Below are positions 53,411-64,000 of a stretch of 64,000 bases of DNA, one piece after another. Position 1 is the first letter of the stretch. Each line of letters begins with the position of its first letter. A program made the position numbers and the translations under genes. The notes below the pieces were generated by a model, which saw only the letters and a list, made by a program, of their open reading frames with translations, made no database searches and had not been told where the DNA came from. Source of the stretch: Heptranchias perlo (taxonomy: Eukaryota); the NCBI RefSeq assembly GCF_035084215.1, contig NC_090357.1, forward strand, positions 16,554,001 through 16,618,000. The letters are read 5' to 3'.

Positions 53411-54506
53411 TGTGCAGCCTTGAAACAATCAAGAAGAAAGTAACCAATTTTAACTCTGTGTAAGATCTCCAAGGAAAGCAGCTGTGTAAGTATGCATAGA
53501 AGACTCCACTTACTCTACACAGACCACCAGGAAAAGATTAATGAGGACCAGGGAGCGAAAGAATCTCGGATATGAGTTCACTAAAGCAAATCAATTATCT
53601 GTGAATGCAAGACTCATAAAGAAAGCAGCGGATTCCTTACTTTCTCAGATGTCTAATTAATTTTCTCAAAATACTTACTGAGATCTTTAAACTCACTCTA
53701 ACCAACTCACTCCCATGTTATTATTTTTATAAGCATAACATTTTCGGACCATTTTCCTGCCGGGTTTCTTGATTTCTAACTGGAAGTAAGAACTGTAATA
53801 ATTGTAATCCCCGCCCACAATTTCTAAATTATGACATCAACCCACCTGATGTGACACATTATTCAGAAAAATGGTCTATAAACTATTAAAACTAAGAGAA
53901 ATCTAGGTGGGATAAAGAGAGAGTGAAGAAAGTCACCATGATGTAGGGGATAGTGGACGAATATTATCATGGACCAGTTACAAAATTTATGGATCAGATC
54001 GAGATCAAGTCTTCTGAGGCAACATTATGGCCAGTTAATGTCCAAAGTGGCAGGTGGCAGCACATTATGTCAGGTACACAAGCTCAACAATAGAAAGAAT
54101 TATACTATTGACTCTTAGGTAAGGATATCAATGGATATGGATCAAAGGCGGGTAAATGGAGTTGCGCTACAGATCAGCCAAGAACTAATTGAATAGTGGA
54201 ACAAGCTGTAGGGGCTGAATGTTCCTATATGGTGATATCACTAGTCTTTTGTAGTGCATGGCAAGGTTATGTTACTGACGATTACTCACCAATGAATATC
54301 AAAGATATTCAAAGTTGATCATGAGACACTCACATCATGGGAATTACAGCACACAACTGTACAACATGGTGTGTCTGTGTTGTACTTATTGTTTTTTGAT
54401 TTTTAAAAAAATCACGATTATAAACTGTACAGTAGACAATCCTAGGTTTAAAAAAAAATCAGTGAAGGTATCTTACTGGCTTGTGCAGCATGCACTGGGC
54501 AGGTAA

Positions 54507-54564
54507 TGTGCACACTTAAACACCATGTACTGCTGTGCACACTTAAACACCATGTACTGCTGTG
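54507..54564. repeat. 27-bp tandem duplication
   Basis: tgtgcacacttaaacaccatgtactgc x2 plus tgtg. Confidence 0.9.
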
Positions 54565-55546
54565 GAGGAATATTATCATGGACCAGTTACAAAATTTATG
54601 GATCATAAATTTGTACAAAGAGACTTCATTTAAATATTTGTAATTTCCAGGATTTTTGCTGCCAGTAGCCCATATCCCCCAGTGTCACTGTTACTGAGCT
54701 GATATCAAGATATATCAGTACTGTGGTGCTTGTGTATAATTTTAACACTGATTTTGAAATAGATGACAATGTACTAAACTACTTATTACAAATGCTCACC
54801 TCAAAGGTTATTCTCCATTAACGTGCTATTTTGTGAATGCAAGTGCTGCATGTGTACAGCCTGCAATTACTGAGGAATCCTGTTACATGCAGTACGTTGG
54901 GATGGACAAGAATGTTGTTCAATATCAGGCTTGGATAATATGGGACTGACTGTGTAAGTGTAAGGAGCAAATTGGGATTTGGCTAACAACTGAACCTGTC
55001 AGGAATGTTCACACAGGATGAGTCCAGGGCATATTTTACAAAATCAAAATCAATTGCAGGTTACAAATCAGAGTACAACAGGTTATATAATGTTGAGTGC
55101 CTCCCTTTTTCTTTCAATAACTCTCTGGAACATGGCACCACTTACCCAGATCTGAACAATGTTGAAATATCCCTCATATCTGATTGTTCAACAGGTTCAG
55201 CAAATTCAGACAGAACTCAGTCAAAGATAAAATGAATCACTTTCTTGTGTGTGATTCATCATAAAAGGATCAGTGAAGCCTGGCTAAGAATTCTGATGTG
55301 CAAAATAGATTCATCTGTTTAATGCAAATCTATTTTACTGGAGTTTTTCTCTAACCCGGCCAATATATGAGACGATGTCTGCTTTAGGCAAATCCATTCT
55401 GTTTACTCAACATAATTTGCTCATGTCAGAATTAGGAAAGGGGGTGGGGATCAGACTTTCCAGCCTTAAATTTAATGTGTTTACTTAGTTGATGAAAATT
55501 CCTTAATTACCCAGTAAAACATCTCTCCTTCCGAATCAAGCCACAT

Positions 55547-55832
55547 TCACACAGTCTGAAAAGCCCTGGTTTGGGCCGGTATCATGACAGGGACTGCTCC
55601 CATTCTTTTCATATGTGCCTGGGTTGGTGCATTCCTATCAATCTTGGCTTCCTCTGCTGGTGTGTAAGTAATGGGTGTCTTGTCCTCCTCGGTTGATGGC
55701 GTCCGAGGCTGCTGGGAGTAAGGGGTGCCGTTTCTGATGGACTTGACTGAGCAGGATCCAGACTGAGTGCTTCCTGTCCCCACTGAGGATTGTGTGTTGA
55801 CAAGCTTTGCCTTTGGTGCCTCAGCATCTTCC
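55547..55832 (-). CDS. CLMP: CLMP terminal exon (cytoplasmic tail with PDZ-binding end)
   Basis: gaacag|EDAEAPKAKLV...VPVMIPAQTRAFQTV*; EDAEAPKA and RAFQTV* match CLMP. Confidence 0.93.
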
Positions 55833-57213
55833 CTGTTCAGTGCAATGAAAAAAAAAGCAAAGTATAGTCAAGCTTTGAAGTGAGACTGTAAAGAAACAAT
55901 AGATCCATTTTTATACAACACACATTTTGCATGAGACTTGATTAAGCAGCTCACTGGAGCTGGTTTCCACCTACAATTTCTCATGTTGAGATTCCTGAGT
56001 TCAGCCATGCCATTGTGAAGGTGGCAAGTGGACAGCAGTCCTTCTCCACAGAGAGGGGGGGTGAGACGAATGGGGAGTTTCAGTTACATTTCTAATAATA
56101 AGAAAGTCTATATATTTTAATATTGTTGAATAGGAATATGACCGCCACTTTAAATGCTAGCTGCTTTGAGAGTACACATTATGGTGTGATATGCAAAAGC
56201 TTACTTCAAAGAAGCATTTCCTGACGCCTATTTGCTTAGGTATTGTTCTATTTAATTTGACGCTTCAGTCTGATAAAGACATTCAGGTTGAGCGATGTCT
56301 TTGAACCCCACTGTAAATGACAGGTGTACTTGTGAGGGCAAACATTATTTTGATGCCCTTTGTTGTAGGAATGAAGGGAAAATTTAGTTCAGGCTGTGAG
56401 AGGGGCAGGGCCATGATTCTTTGTAGTCTATCTGGTGAACAGTTCTGTAGCTGGGAGATATCATGGGTTTATAATTGGCGGCCTTCACCCAGTTGACCAG
56501 TCATTCAGAATCTCTGCTAGCTGAGGTTCCATGGGTTGGTCAGCAGTGAACCACCACATGGCTTTAGTCCAGGAACATGCTTCCAGTCCAGATTACAGCA
56601 CAGGAGAAGCACCCTTGTTGTTTTCAATATTGCAAAGAGAATAGCAACACCTGTAATTACAGTAAATCTACAGTTTGTGTTTAATATTGTTCAATAAATC
56701 AACTAATAGTTTCTAAGCTAAGCCATGGTCAGCTAAACTGCTTATTTTCTGCCTTCCAAAGTTGAGGAAACTGGATGGCTACTGACGTAAACATTATACT
56801 GCAGCCACAGTGGTTAATGGAATGACTGAGCAGAGTGCATGAGTCATGTGATAGGCATTATACTCTCTGCTTTGAGAACCGGATTCAAAATCATCTTGGG
56901 TAGAAGTGATGAAGATCTCTATGGGCTGGTGGCAAGATAAAAACCGTAAATGAAAAGCGTTTGGCACTGGATTCTAGTGGATCCTCTAATTCAGCATTGA
57001 CTGCCTCCAGTTTGGAAATCGCACACATGCAGTTGTTATGCTGCACTTATTGAAGCAATACCATCAGCATTTAAGCAGTAATGTGACTGGGGAGCGTGGT
57101 TGATAGACTGCCTGTTCCCACCACTATTAATTTGGAGGCGGTCATGAGCTCCATACATATGTGCTCAAAGCTCAAGAATGGCGTTGTACCTAACAACTCC
57201 TGTACAATCCCTA

Positions 57214-59810
57214 GGGGGAAGAACTTGCTCCCGAAATAACGGAGGAGCTCAACGGCGCTCTCCGTTTTTAATGGCGAATCGTGAACTTTCTCCTTTTGGC
57301 TCACCGGCGATTTGACAGCTGCGAATTAAAGGGCCATTGCACGTTACAATCAATCACTGAAAAATCACAAACTTGCTCATCCGCCCAGCTGGAAAGTAAC
57401 TACTTACGCCTCCAAAAGGTACGCTTAAAAATACCAGGTCTAAACTAAGTTTTAAAAGCACACTTAGTTTTAATGACTGCCAAACAACTAAAAATTAAAT
57501 TTTAAAAATGTGGAGTCTCATATTACTCCTTATTTTAATAGTTTATGGTCAGGAGGGCAAAAGGGGGACATGAGATTGCTTTGGCAGATAAAGCAAGGGA
57601 GAATCCAAAGAGCTTCTACAAATACATAAAGGGCAAAAGAGTAACTAGGGAGAGAGTAGGGCCTCTTAAGGATCAACAAGGTCATCTATGTGCGGAACCA
57701 CAAGAGATGGGTGAGATCCTGAATGAATATTTCACATCGGTATTTACGGTTGAGAAAGGCATGGATGTTAGGGAACTTGGGGAAATAAATAGTGATGTCT
57801 TGAGGAGTGTACATATTAGAGAGAGGGAGGTGCTGGAAGTCTTAACGCGCATCAAGGTAGATAAATCTCCGGGACCTGATGAAATGTATCCCAGGACGTT
57901 ATGGGAGGTTAGGGAGGAAATTGCGGGTCCCCTAGCAGAGATATTTGAATCATCCACCGCTACAGGTGAGGTGCCTGAAGATTGGAGGGTAGCAAATGTT
58001 GTGCCTTTGTTTAAGAAGGGCGGCAGGGAAAAGCCTGGGAACTACAGATCGGTGAGCCTGACATCTGTAGTGGGTAAGTTGTTAGAGGGTATTCTGAGGG
58101 ACAGGATCTACAGGCATTTGGAGAGGCAGGGACTGATTAGGAACAGTCAGCATGGTTTTGTGAGAGGAAAATCATGTCTCACGAATTTGATTGAATTTTT
58201 TGAAGGGGTAACCAAGAAGATAGATGAGGGCTGTGCAGTAGACGTGGTCTACATGGACTTCAGCAAAGCCTTTGACAAGGTACCGCATGGTAGGTTGTTA
58301 CATAAGGTTAAATCTCACGGGATCCAAGGTGAGGTAGCCAATTGGATACAAAATTGGCTTGACGACAGAAGACAGAGGGTGGTTGTAGAGAGTTGTTTTT
58401 CAAACTGGAGGCCTGTGTCCAGCGGTGTGCCTCAGGGATCGATGCTGGGTCCGCTGTTATTTGTTATTTATATTAATGATTTGGATGAGAATTTAGGAGG
58501 CATGGTTAGTAAGTTTGCAGATGACACCAAGATTGGTGGCATTGTGGACAGTGAAGAAGGTTATCTAGGATTGCAACGGGATCTTGATAAATTGGGCCAG
58601 TGGGCCGATGAATGGCAGATGGAGTTTAATTTAGATAAATGTGAGCATTTTGGTCGATCGAATCGGGCCAGGACCTACTCCGTTAATGGTAGGGCGTTGG
58701 GGAGAGTTATAGAACAAAGAGATCTAGGAGTACAGGTTCATAGCTCCTTGAAAGTGGAGTCACAGGTGGATAGGGTGGTGAAGAAGGCATTCGGCATGCT
58801 TGGTTTCATTGGTCAGAACATTGAATACAGGAGTTGGGATGTCTTGTTGAAGTTGTACAAGACATTAGTAAGGCCACACTTGGAATACTGTGTACAGTTC
58901 TGGTCACCCTACTATAGAAAGGATATTATTAAACTAGAAAGAGTGCAGAAAAGATTTACTAGGATGCTACCGGGACTTGATGGTTTGACTTATAGGGAGA
59001 GGTTAGATAGACTGGGACTTTTTTCCCTAGAGAGTGATCTTATAGAAGTCTATAAAATAATGAGGGGCATAGATAAGGTAGATAGTCAAAATCTTTTCCC
59101 AAAGGTAGGGGAGTCTATAACGAGGGGACATAGATTTAAGGTGAGAGGGGAGAGATACAAAAGGGTCCAGAGGGGCAATTTTTTCACTCAAAGGGTGGTG
59201 AGTGTCTGGAACGAGCTGCCAGAGGCAGTAGTAGAGGCGGGTACAATTTTGTCTTTTAAAAAGCATTTGGACAGTTACATGGGTAAGATGGGTATAGAGG
59301 GATATGGGCCAAGTGCAGGCAATTGGGACTAGCTTAGTGGTATAAACTGGGCGACATGGACATGTTGGGCCGAAGGGCCTGTTTCCATGTTGTAACTTCT
59401 ATGATTCTATGATTAAAACATTTTAAAAATTAAATTAATTTTTAAAATACTTTTCTGTCTCTGTAATTTAATTCAATTATTTCTTTGGCTTTTCATTGTA
59501 AATTAAAAAAAATAATTTTTTTAATGACTTCCAGAATACTAACTTTAAATGAATGAAGTCTGCTTGCCTGCTTGTGGGCGTGACTTCTCTTCCTGACAGA
59601 TTTTGTGGGCATGTCTTCTATTTTCACAGACTGACTGTTCCGTGTGCATCAACTTATGCTGCTCGGAGGCTGAGTTGATTGCGCACAATTTTTTAAAGGT
59701 TCAAAATCAACCAAGTCGATGCCACAGAGCCCGCAATAAAAACGTTTGTTAATTTAATTCGCAGGAGCTGCAGCGATCGTTGCCACATTGCTCTGCACAA
59801 GTTCTAGCCC
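57214..59810. mobile_element. Non-autonomous DNA element split by a CR1 insertion
   Basis: Ends gggggaagaacttgct / gcacaagttctagccc; halves 57214-57550 and 59414-59810 are collinear with the uninterrupted copy at 23379-24057. Confidence 0.75.
57545..59332 (+). CDS. CR1 reverse transcriptase ORF (595 aa, endonuclease absent); the element extends to ~59413
   Basis: NYRSVSLTS, QHGF, DFSKAFDKVPH, PQGSMLGP, KFADDTK, RPHLEYCVQFW; (ttctatga)n tail; antisense in the last CLMP intron. Confidence 0.9.
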   Translation: MVRRAKGGHEIALADKARENPKSFYKYIKGKRVTRERVGPLKDQQGHLCAEPQEMGEILNEYFTSVFTVEKGMDVRELGEINSDVLRSVHIREREVLEVLTRIKVDKSPGPDEMYPRTLWEVREEIAGPLAEIFESSTATGEVPEDWRVANVVPLFKKGGREKPGNYRSVSLTSVVGKLLEGILRDRIYRHLERQGLIRNSQHGFVRGKSCLTNLIEFFEGVTKKIDEGCAVDVVYMDFSKAFDKVPHGRLLHKVKSHGIQGEVANWIQNWLDDRRQRVVVESCFSNWRPVSSGVPQGSMLGPLLFVIYINDLDENLGGMVSKFADDTKIGGIVDSEEGYLGLQRDLDKLGQWADEWQMEFNLDKCEHFGRSNRARTYSVNGRALGRVIEQRDLGVQVHSSLKVESQVDRVVKKAFGMLGFIGQNIEYRSWDVLLKLYKTLVRPHLEYCVQFWSPYYRKDIIKLERVQKRFTRMLPGLDGLTYRERLDRLGLFSLESDLIEVYKIMRGIDKVDSQNLFPKVGESITRGHRFKVRGERYKRVQRGNFFTQRVVSVWNELPEAVVEAGTILSFKKHLDSYMGKMGIEGYGPSAGNWD

Positions 59811-60401
59811 AGTATGTTTTCAGCCTTGTTAAAAAGGGATGGGCAATAAATGCTGGCCATGCCAGCGACACCCACATCCCATGAACAAATAACAAAAAGG
59901 GATGACAGGACAGTCTGACGGGGCAGTGAGCTCTTTTCAATAAGTGGAACGGCTGTCAAGGAGCCACCTAAGTTGAAGTTTTAAAAAAAAAAGCAAAAAT
60001 AAGATGGGCTCAGTTGTTCTGCAGCTGGTGTGAAGCAAGAACATTGCAAGACCATTAGGAAGCAGCCTCTCCTACGCTGGCACCAGCAGCGTCAGATTGC
60101 TGTTAGGCACCATGATGGAAATATTCTTGTGGGCCCAATGGCAGAATCAGAATCCACAAGAATAAACAGTATCTGAAACGTAAATCTCACACTGGTGCAG
60201 AAGCTACTGCTTTTCCGGGGTTAGAATTAAGTCGCAGTGATGGGGCAATGCACATTTACACAGACACAGATCTCTGTCATACCTCACCAGTGATTAGTGA
60301 CAAGGTCAGCTTGTTAATATTCCAAATCTAAGGGATAACAGGCCCGTAACCCATGTAAACTACCATGATTGTGCATCTTAGGCCGTTGATTGCAACTCTA
60401 C

Positions 60402-60543
60402 CTGATCTCATTTGGTATCTCTTCTTCCTCATATTTATGCTTTCCTTTCCTGTACAGTGTGAACCAGACAATAAGGAAGATTAACAGTAGCCCAACTATA
60501 ACTCCAATAACAGCACCAGCAATGATCCTAGGATCTTTTGCGT
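60402..60543 (-). CDS. CLMP: CLMP transmembrane exon
   Basis: ttccag|(Y)AKDPRIIAGAVIGVIVGLLLIFLIVWFTLYRKGKHKYEEEEIPNEI(R)|gtagag; 142 nt. Confidence 0.92.
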
Positions 60544-60844
60544 CTGGAAATAAAAGAAAGTAAGCAAATTAATATTGACATCCCTCTCCAATTAAAGTAA
60601 TTCAATTGAAAGTATTCATGTGCTTATTTTCAGTGGCACTGTTCCTGTAAAAAAAAACACTTTTGACGACATATATTTTCTACTAGCTTCTTGCATTCCT
60701 TAGAGTAAACTTATTTCTGTTCTGTGCCCATTACTGATGAACATAATTGTTACTTCAGAATTTCCATTTTGGCCACTCTGTCACACTTGACCTTTGGCCT
60801 TCATAATTAAGCAGGCCACACGCAGATGAAATGTAAATAACAAG

Positions 60845-61235
60845 CAGATTTTGGGCAGGCGGGAGACCAGGAGACGTCCAACTCCACCCCCCAACAATGT
60901 CATCAACTTGAGGCCTAGGCTATGTTAACACCTGGGCCTCATTTACATCCCGCCGGCCAGCTGCCCACCTGAAACGGGCATAAAGAAGCAGTTGGCTAGT
61001 GGCCAGCTGGCGAAGGTTGGGCAGCCTCCGAGCCGGTTCTCGGGTAAATTGTGAGGGGGAGTTTCGGCAGGGTCTTGCAAGCGGTTTGGTGCGGCACAGG
61101 TGCAGACTTTCCTTGTGGGATCCGGAGAGGCACTCCTGCTTCTCCTAGCCCCACAAAGGTAACTTTAAAACTTACCTTTTAAGGCCTGCGCTACTTCCCC
61201 GTCAGGCTTTACTGAGCGGGGCAGCCACGGCAGGT
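60845..61235. mobile_element. Degenerate Harbinger-type MITE
   Basis: Contains gcactcctgcttctcctagccccacaaag...aacttacc, shared with the 18911 and 62805 elements. Confidence 0.5.
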
Positions 61236-61568
61236 ACTTCACTAGGAGGAGGGTAGAGAAAGAGACACTGGATCATTGCCACGGACCTCCTTGTGGTCAG
61301 TTACTGAGCAATGTCAGCAGATAAACAGGTCAACTGCCACAGTCTTGGCCAAGGTATAGTTCTTGGCACACAGCGATGTAAAAATGGGAAGAGGAACAAG
61401 CTGGATTTAAAAATAGATCACATGACACAAATGTCTTCATTCGCCCCATAAAACATTGTAAATGATTCTTCGCCAATATAAACCTGATTTTAGCTGTATT
61501 GCTGGCTGCACGCTGTTGAGTGCAATTCCCAAATTCTTTGATATTATTTATTCAGGTAGATAACTCAC

Positions 61569-61691
61569 ACAAAATTGTGACATCAACGAAGCAGCTTTCT
61601 TGCCCTGCCTCATTGATGGCACTGCACTGGTATAGTCCAGCGTTTTCATGGCTCAAGTTCCTCAGCAACAGCATTTCTGGAGTTTTTGAAT
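61569..61691 (-). CDS. CLMP: CLMP exon, second half of Ig-C2 domain
   Basis: ttgcag|(D)SKTPEMLLLRNLSHENAGLYQCSAINEAGQESCFVDVTIL T|gtgagt; Ig GxYxC motif; 123 nt. Confidence 0.92.
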
Positions 61692-62589
61692 CTGCAAAAG
61701 AAAGTACAGTTTAGTTATATGGTGAATTCTGCATGGGGCATTTGACAAGCCAACAATTCAAAGATTATCTCAAAGAGTAAGTTGCTGTACATGAAACCTT
61801 TATGATGTTTGCAACTTCTGAAAATTTCTATCACATTTTTGCTGAATGAATTCTGGAGTATTTTCTCATGTTATCAGCTATTTTCACTGAACCATGTTCC
61901 CCTCCAGAACTCTCTCTTTGTGAGTTTTTTTTCTTTTACGTACGTGACATTTTCTGACCAAGAAGGCAAACAGATGACCTCCTCCCAGGTCTAGGTCTAA
62001 GTCTAGGCCGTTTGGTGACTGGACACTAGGAAGTGCTTGAATGTATCCCGAGGTAAGATTCCTTCTGAGTTTCCATCTCTCCCTGTTGGAAAGCACTCAG
62101 CCTTCACTCTGTGCTTCCCTTGATGGCATAGCTGAGATCAGGAACTCCCCATAAGGGCAATTGTGACTATGTCCCCCCCCCCCCAATGTTGTATCCTGTA
62201 CTGTGCAGTCTTTAGCTGTCTGCTGGTATTGAATGTTGCCTTTGTGTATGGAGTGGTCCAAGGAGGGAGAAAACATATGATTGGCTCTGAACCATATTGT
62301 TTGTGCTGCTCCCAGGTGTAAGTAATATTTGTGCTAAGGTGCCAAATATAACAACTCAATTATAACAATAGATAAACCATGTCTCTATTTTCAGTACATT
62401 GAAAAATCGCAGAGAATTCTAATCTTAATATTTTAAAATCATCCTCAACAAGGTAACATTTAAGAATAGTGAAATTATGAAGAATTAAGGGAACGTGACA
62501 CCAGAGGGAGAGCACTCTCACCCGCAGTGCTGTAACATATCTGGTTATTTCAGCTACTGTACTGTTGCTCACGTACAATTTTTTCTAAA

Positions 62590-63470
62590 CAAGAAGCAAA
62601 AAATTGCAGATGTTGGAAATCTGAAACAAAAAAAAGAAAGTGCTGAAAACACTCAGCAGGTCAGTCAGCATCTGTGGAGGGAACAGATGAGTTAACGTTT
62701 CAGCTGCGGATTCTTCATGAGAACTGGGAGATACCATGGGCTTTTCTTTTTACTTCACTTGTAATATCTTCGAGTTCTGACGAACGGTCCACACCTGAAA
62801 CATTGGGGGTAATATTAACCCCCACCCCCCCGGAGGGGAGGGACAATATCGGTGGGGGGGGGGGGTTAAATTGTTAAAAATGGAAAACACGATCCCAACG
62901 TACCTACTTCCAGTTCAACGGGGGCAGGATGGGAATCGGCCGAGTAACCTGCTTTCGAGAGGCGGGTCAGTAATTGTAATATGTTAATGAGGTTACGTGC
63001 CTCAGATTGTGTCAGCCATTTGGAATTAATGCCTCCAGCACTGGTTTCCCGGGGCTCAGGAAACCCGGCAGCTTAAAGAGAGGCGAGAGCTGCCAGATCC
63101 AACAGGTAATTGCTTTTACAGCACTGCTTGTGGGCCAGGGGGAGCAGGAGTGCTTTCCACCTGGGCCCCCCTCCACCCGGGCGATCTCATCCCTCCCTCC
63201 CCTCCAGTCTCTGGCTGCTGCCTTCTACCGCTGGCTTTCTCATCTGGCAGCGGCCGGCCTCACAATCTGGCTAGTTGCTGGGTGTGAAACGGAGTAAAAA
63301 CATTCTAATGAGGACCTTCCGTTAAATTCAGCAGGACCTCCGCCTTCCCGGTATTTCTGGGCCACTCCCTCCCCGCCCCCCCATAAATATCGGGGCCATT
63401 AACTCATCTGTCCTCATGACAGATGCACGCTGACCTGTTGAATGTTTCAAGTATTTTCTATTTTTGGTGC
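62590..63470. mobile_element. Palindromic interspersed repeat with a nested MITE
   Basis: Arms cactcagcaggtcagtcagcatctgtggagggaacagatgagttaacgtttcag versus ctgaaacatt|aactcatctgtcctcatgacagatgcacgctgacctgttga. Confidence 0.7.
62805..63397. mobile_element. Harbinger-type MITE with ATT target-site duplication
   Basis: att|gggggtaatattaacccc ... taaatatcggggcc|att; interrupts the host arm exactly at catt/aactc. Confidence 0.75.
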
Positions 63471-63628
63471 AATTTTCTTTAGCCTTGCAAATCTGATTTG
63501 AAATCCCTTGTCCTATCCAGAAATGAGTATAAGCATAGCATCCTGTGAGTTAGCCTTTCATTTGGAAAGCAAATCCTACATGGGTATGGAACACAATCCA
63601 TGTTAACTGCAAAAGTTAATTCACCAAC

Positions 63629-63796
63629 CTATGCGTGATCTGGGATGAAATTTGGCCTGGTGTCCTTCTGTATCCAAAAGATGATCCCATCTATACAGGA
63701 TGGGGTTGGTGCCTTTCTCTGATTTACACTGAAGTTTGATATCATTTCCTTGTAGTAACTGCCCTTTGATCCAGCACTTGGGCTTAGAAGGTCTGA
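63629..63796 (-). CDS. CLMP: CXADR-like membrane protein, exon encoding first half of Ig-C2 domain
   Basis: cttcag|(V)RPSKPKCWIKGQLLQGNDIKLQCKSEKGTNPILYRWDHLLDTEGHQAKFHPRSRI G|gttggt; 168 nt, phase 1-1; different frame from the ORF track. Confidence 0.9.
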   Translation of the reverse strand, partial: SDLLSPSAGSKGSYYKEMISNFSVNQRKAPTPSCIDGIIFWIQKDTRPNFIPDHA

Positions 63797-64000
63797 CTGA
63801 AGTGGAAGAGAGGTATTTTGATTGAGGTCATACGTTTTAATCGGTATAATGCATTTTATAACTGGCATCATTAATTCCCTCCATTACAGCTAGTTACAAT
63901 GCATATTAGGTAAAGGATGGGAATTCAGAATATATTAGTACTGTAGAGGCATGTCTGTGCACTGCCTGGTTCGTGCAACAGTCAATAAATTCCTATTTGA

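Noticed and set aside
54507-54605. CRISPR-like or prokaryotic defence array, RT-associated system
   Set aside because: Only two adjacent units and no spacers; the window is eukaryotic and all RT sequences are LINE-derived.
56805-57000. Possible LF-SINE-like ancient SINE
   Set aside because: Resemblance is too degenerate to support without an alignment.
63629-63871. ORF-track translation MMPVIKC...
   Set aside because: Wrong frame; the real CLMP exon (63629-63796) is read in another minus-strand frame.

Overview
Vertebrate genomic DNA, most likely a cartilaginous fish (shark), inferred from the repeat landscape. Four spliced protein-coding genes can be reconstructed with GT-AG boundaries and consistent phases: RBM7 (minus, 5 coding exons, 14818->10057, 293 aa), REXO2 (plus, 7 exons, 25395->33550, 283 aa), AAMDC/Mth938-domain protein (plus, 3 coding exons, 38889->45372, 122 aa) and the last four coding exons of CLMP (minus, 63796->55547; the gene continues beyond the window). 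Introns and intergenic DNA are dominated by CR1 and L2 LINE fragments, tRNA-derived SINEs, a Penelope remnant, a decayed Harbinger transposase and several Harbinger-type MITEs with 3-bp TSDs. Most ORFs in the supplied track are repeat fragments or spurious. The most unusual items are (i) a ~3.3 kb APE-RT LINE with no ORF1, a tRNA/SINE-type head (box A/B) and a sense strand almost free of TTTT, as a Pol III-transcribed LINE would need; (ii) a 5'-truncated CR1 that took its ATG from the host element and keeps a 595-aa RT ORF despite two in-frame deletions; (iii) a gene order and orientation that differ from human. All analysis was done by eye with no searches run. Repeat boundaries are approximate.
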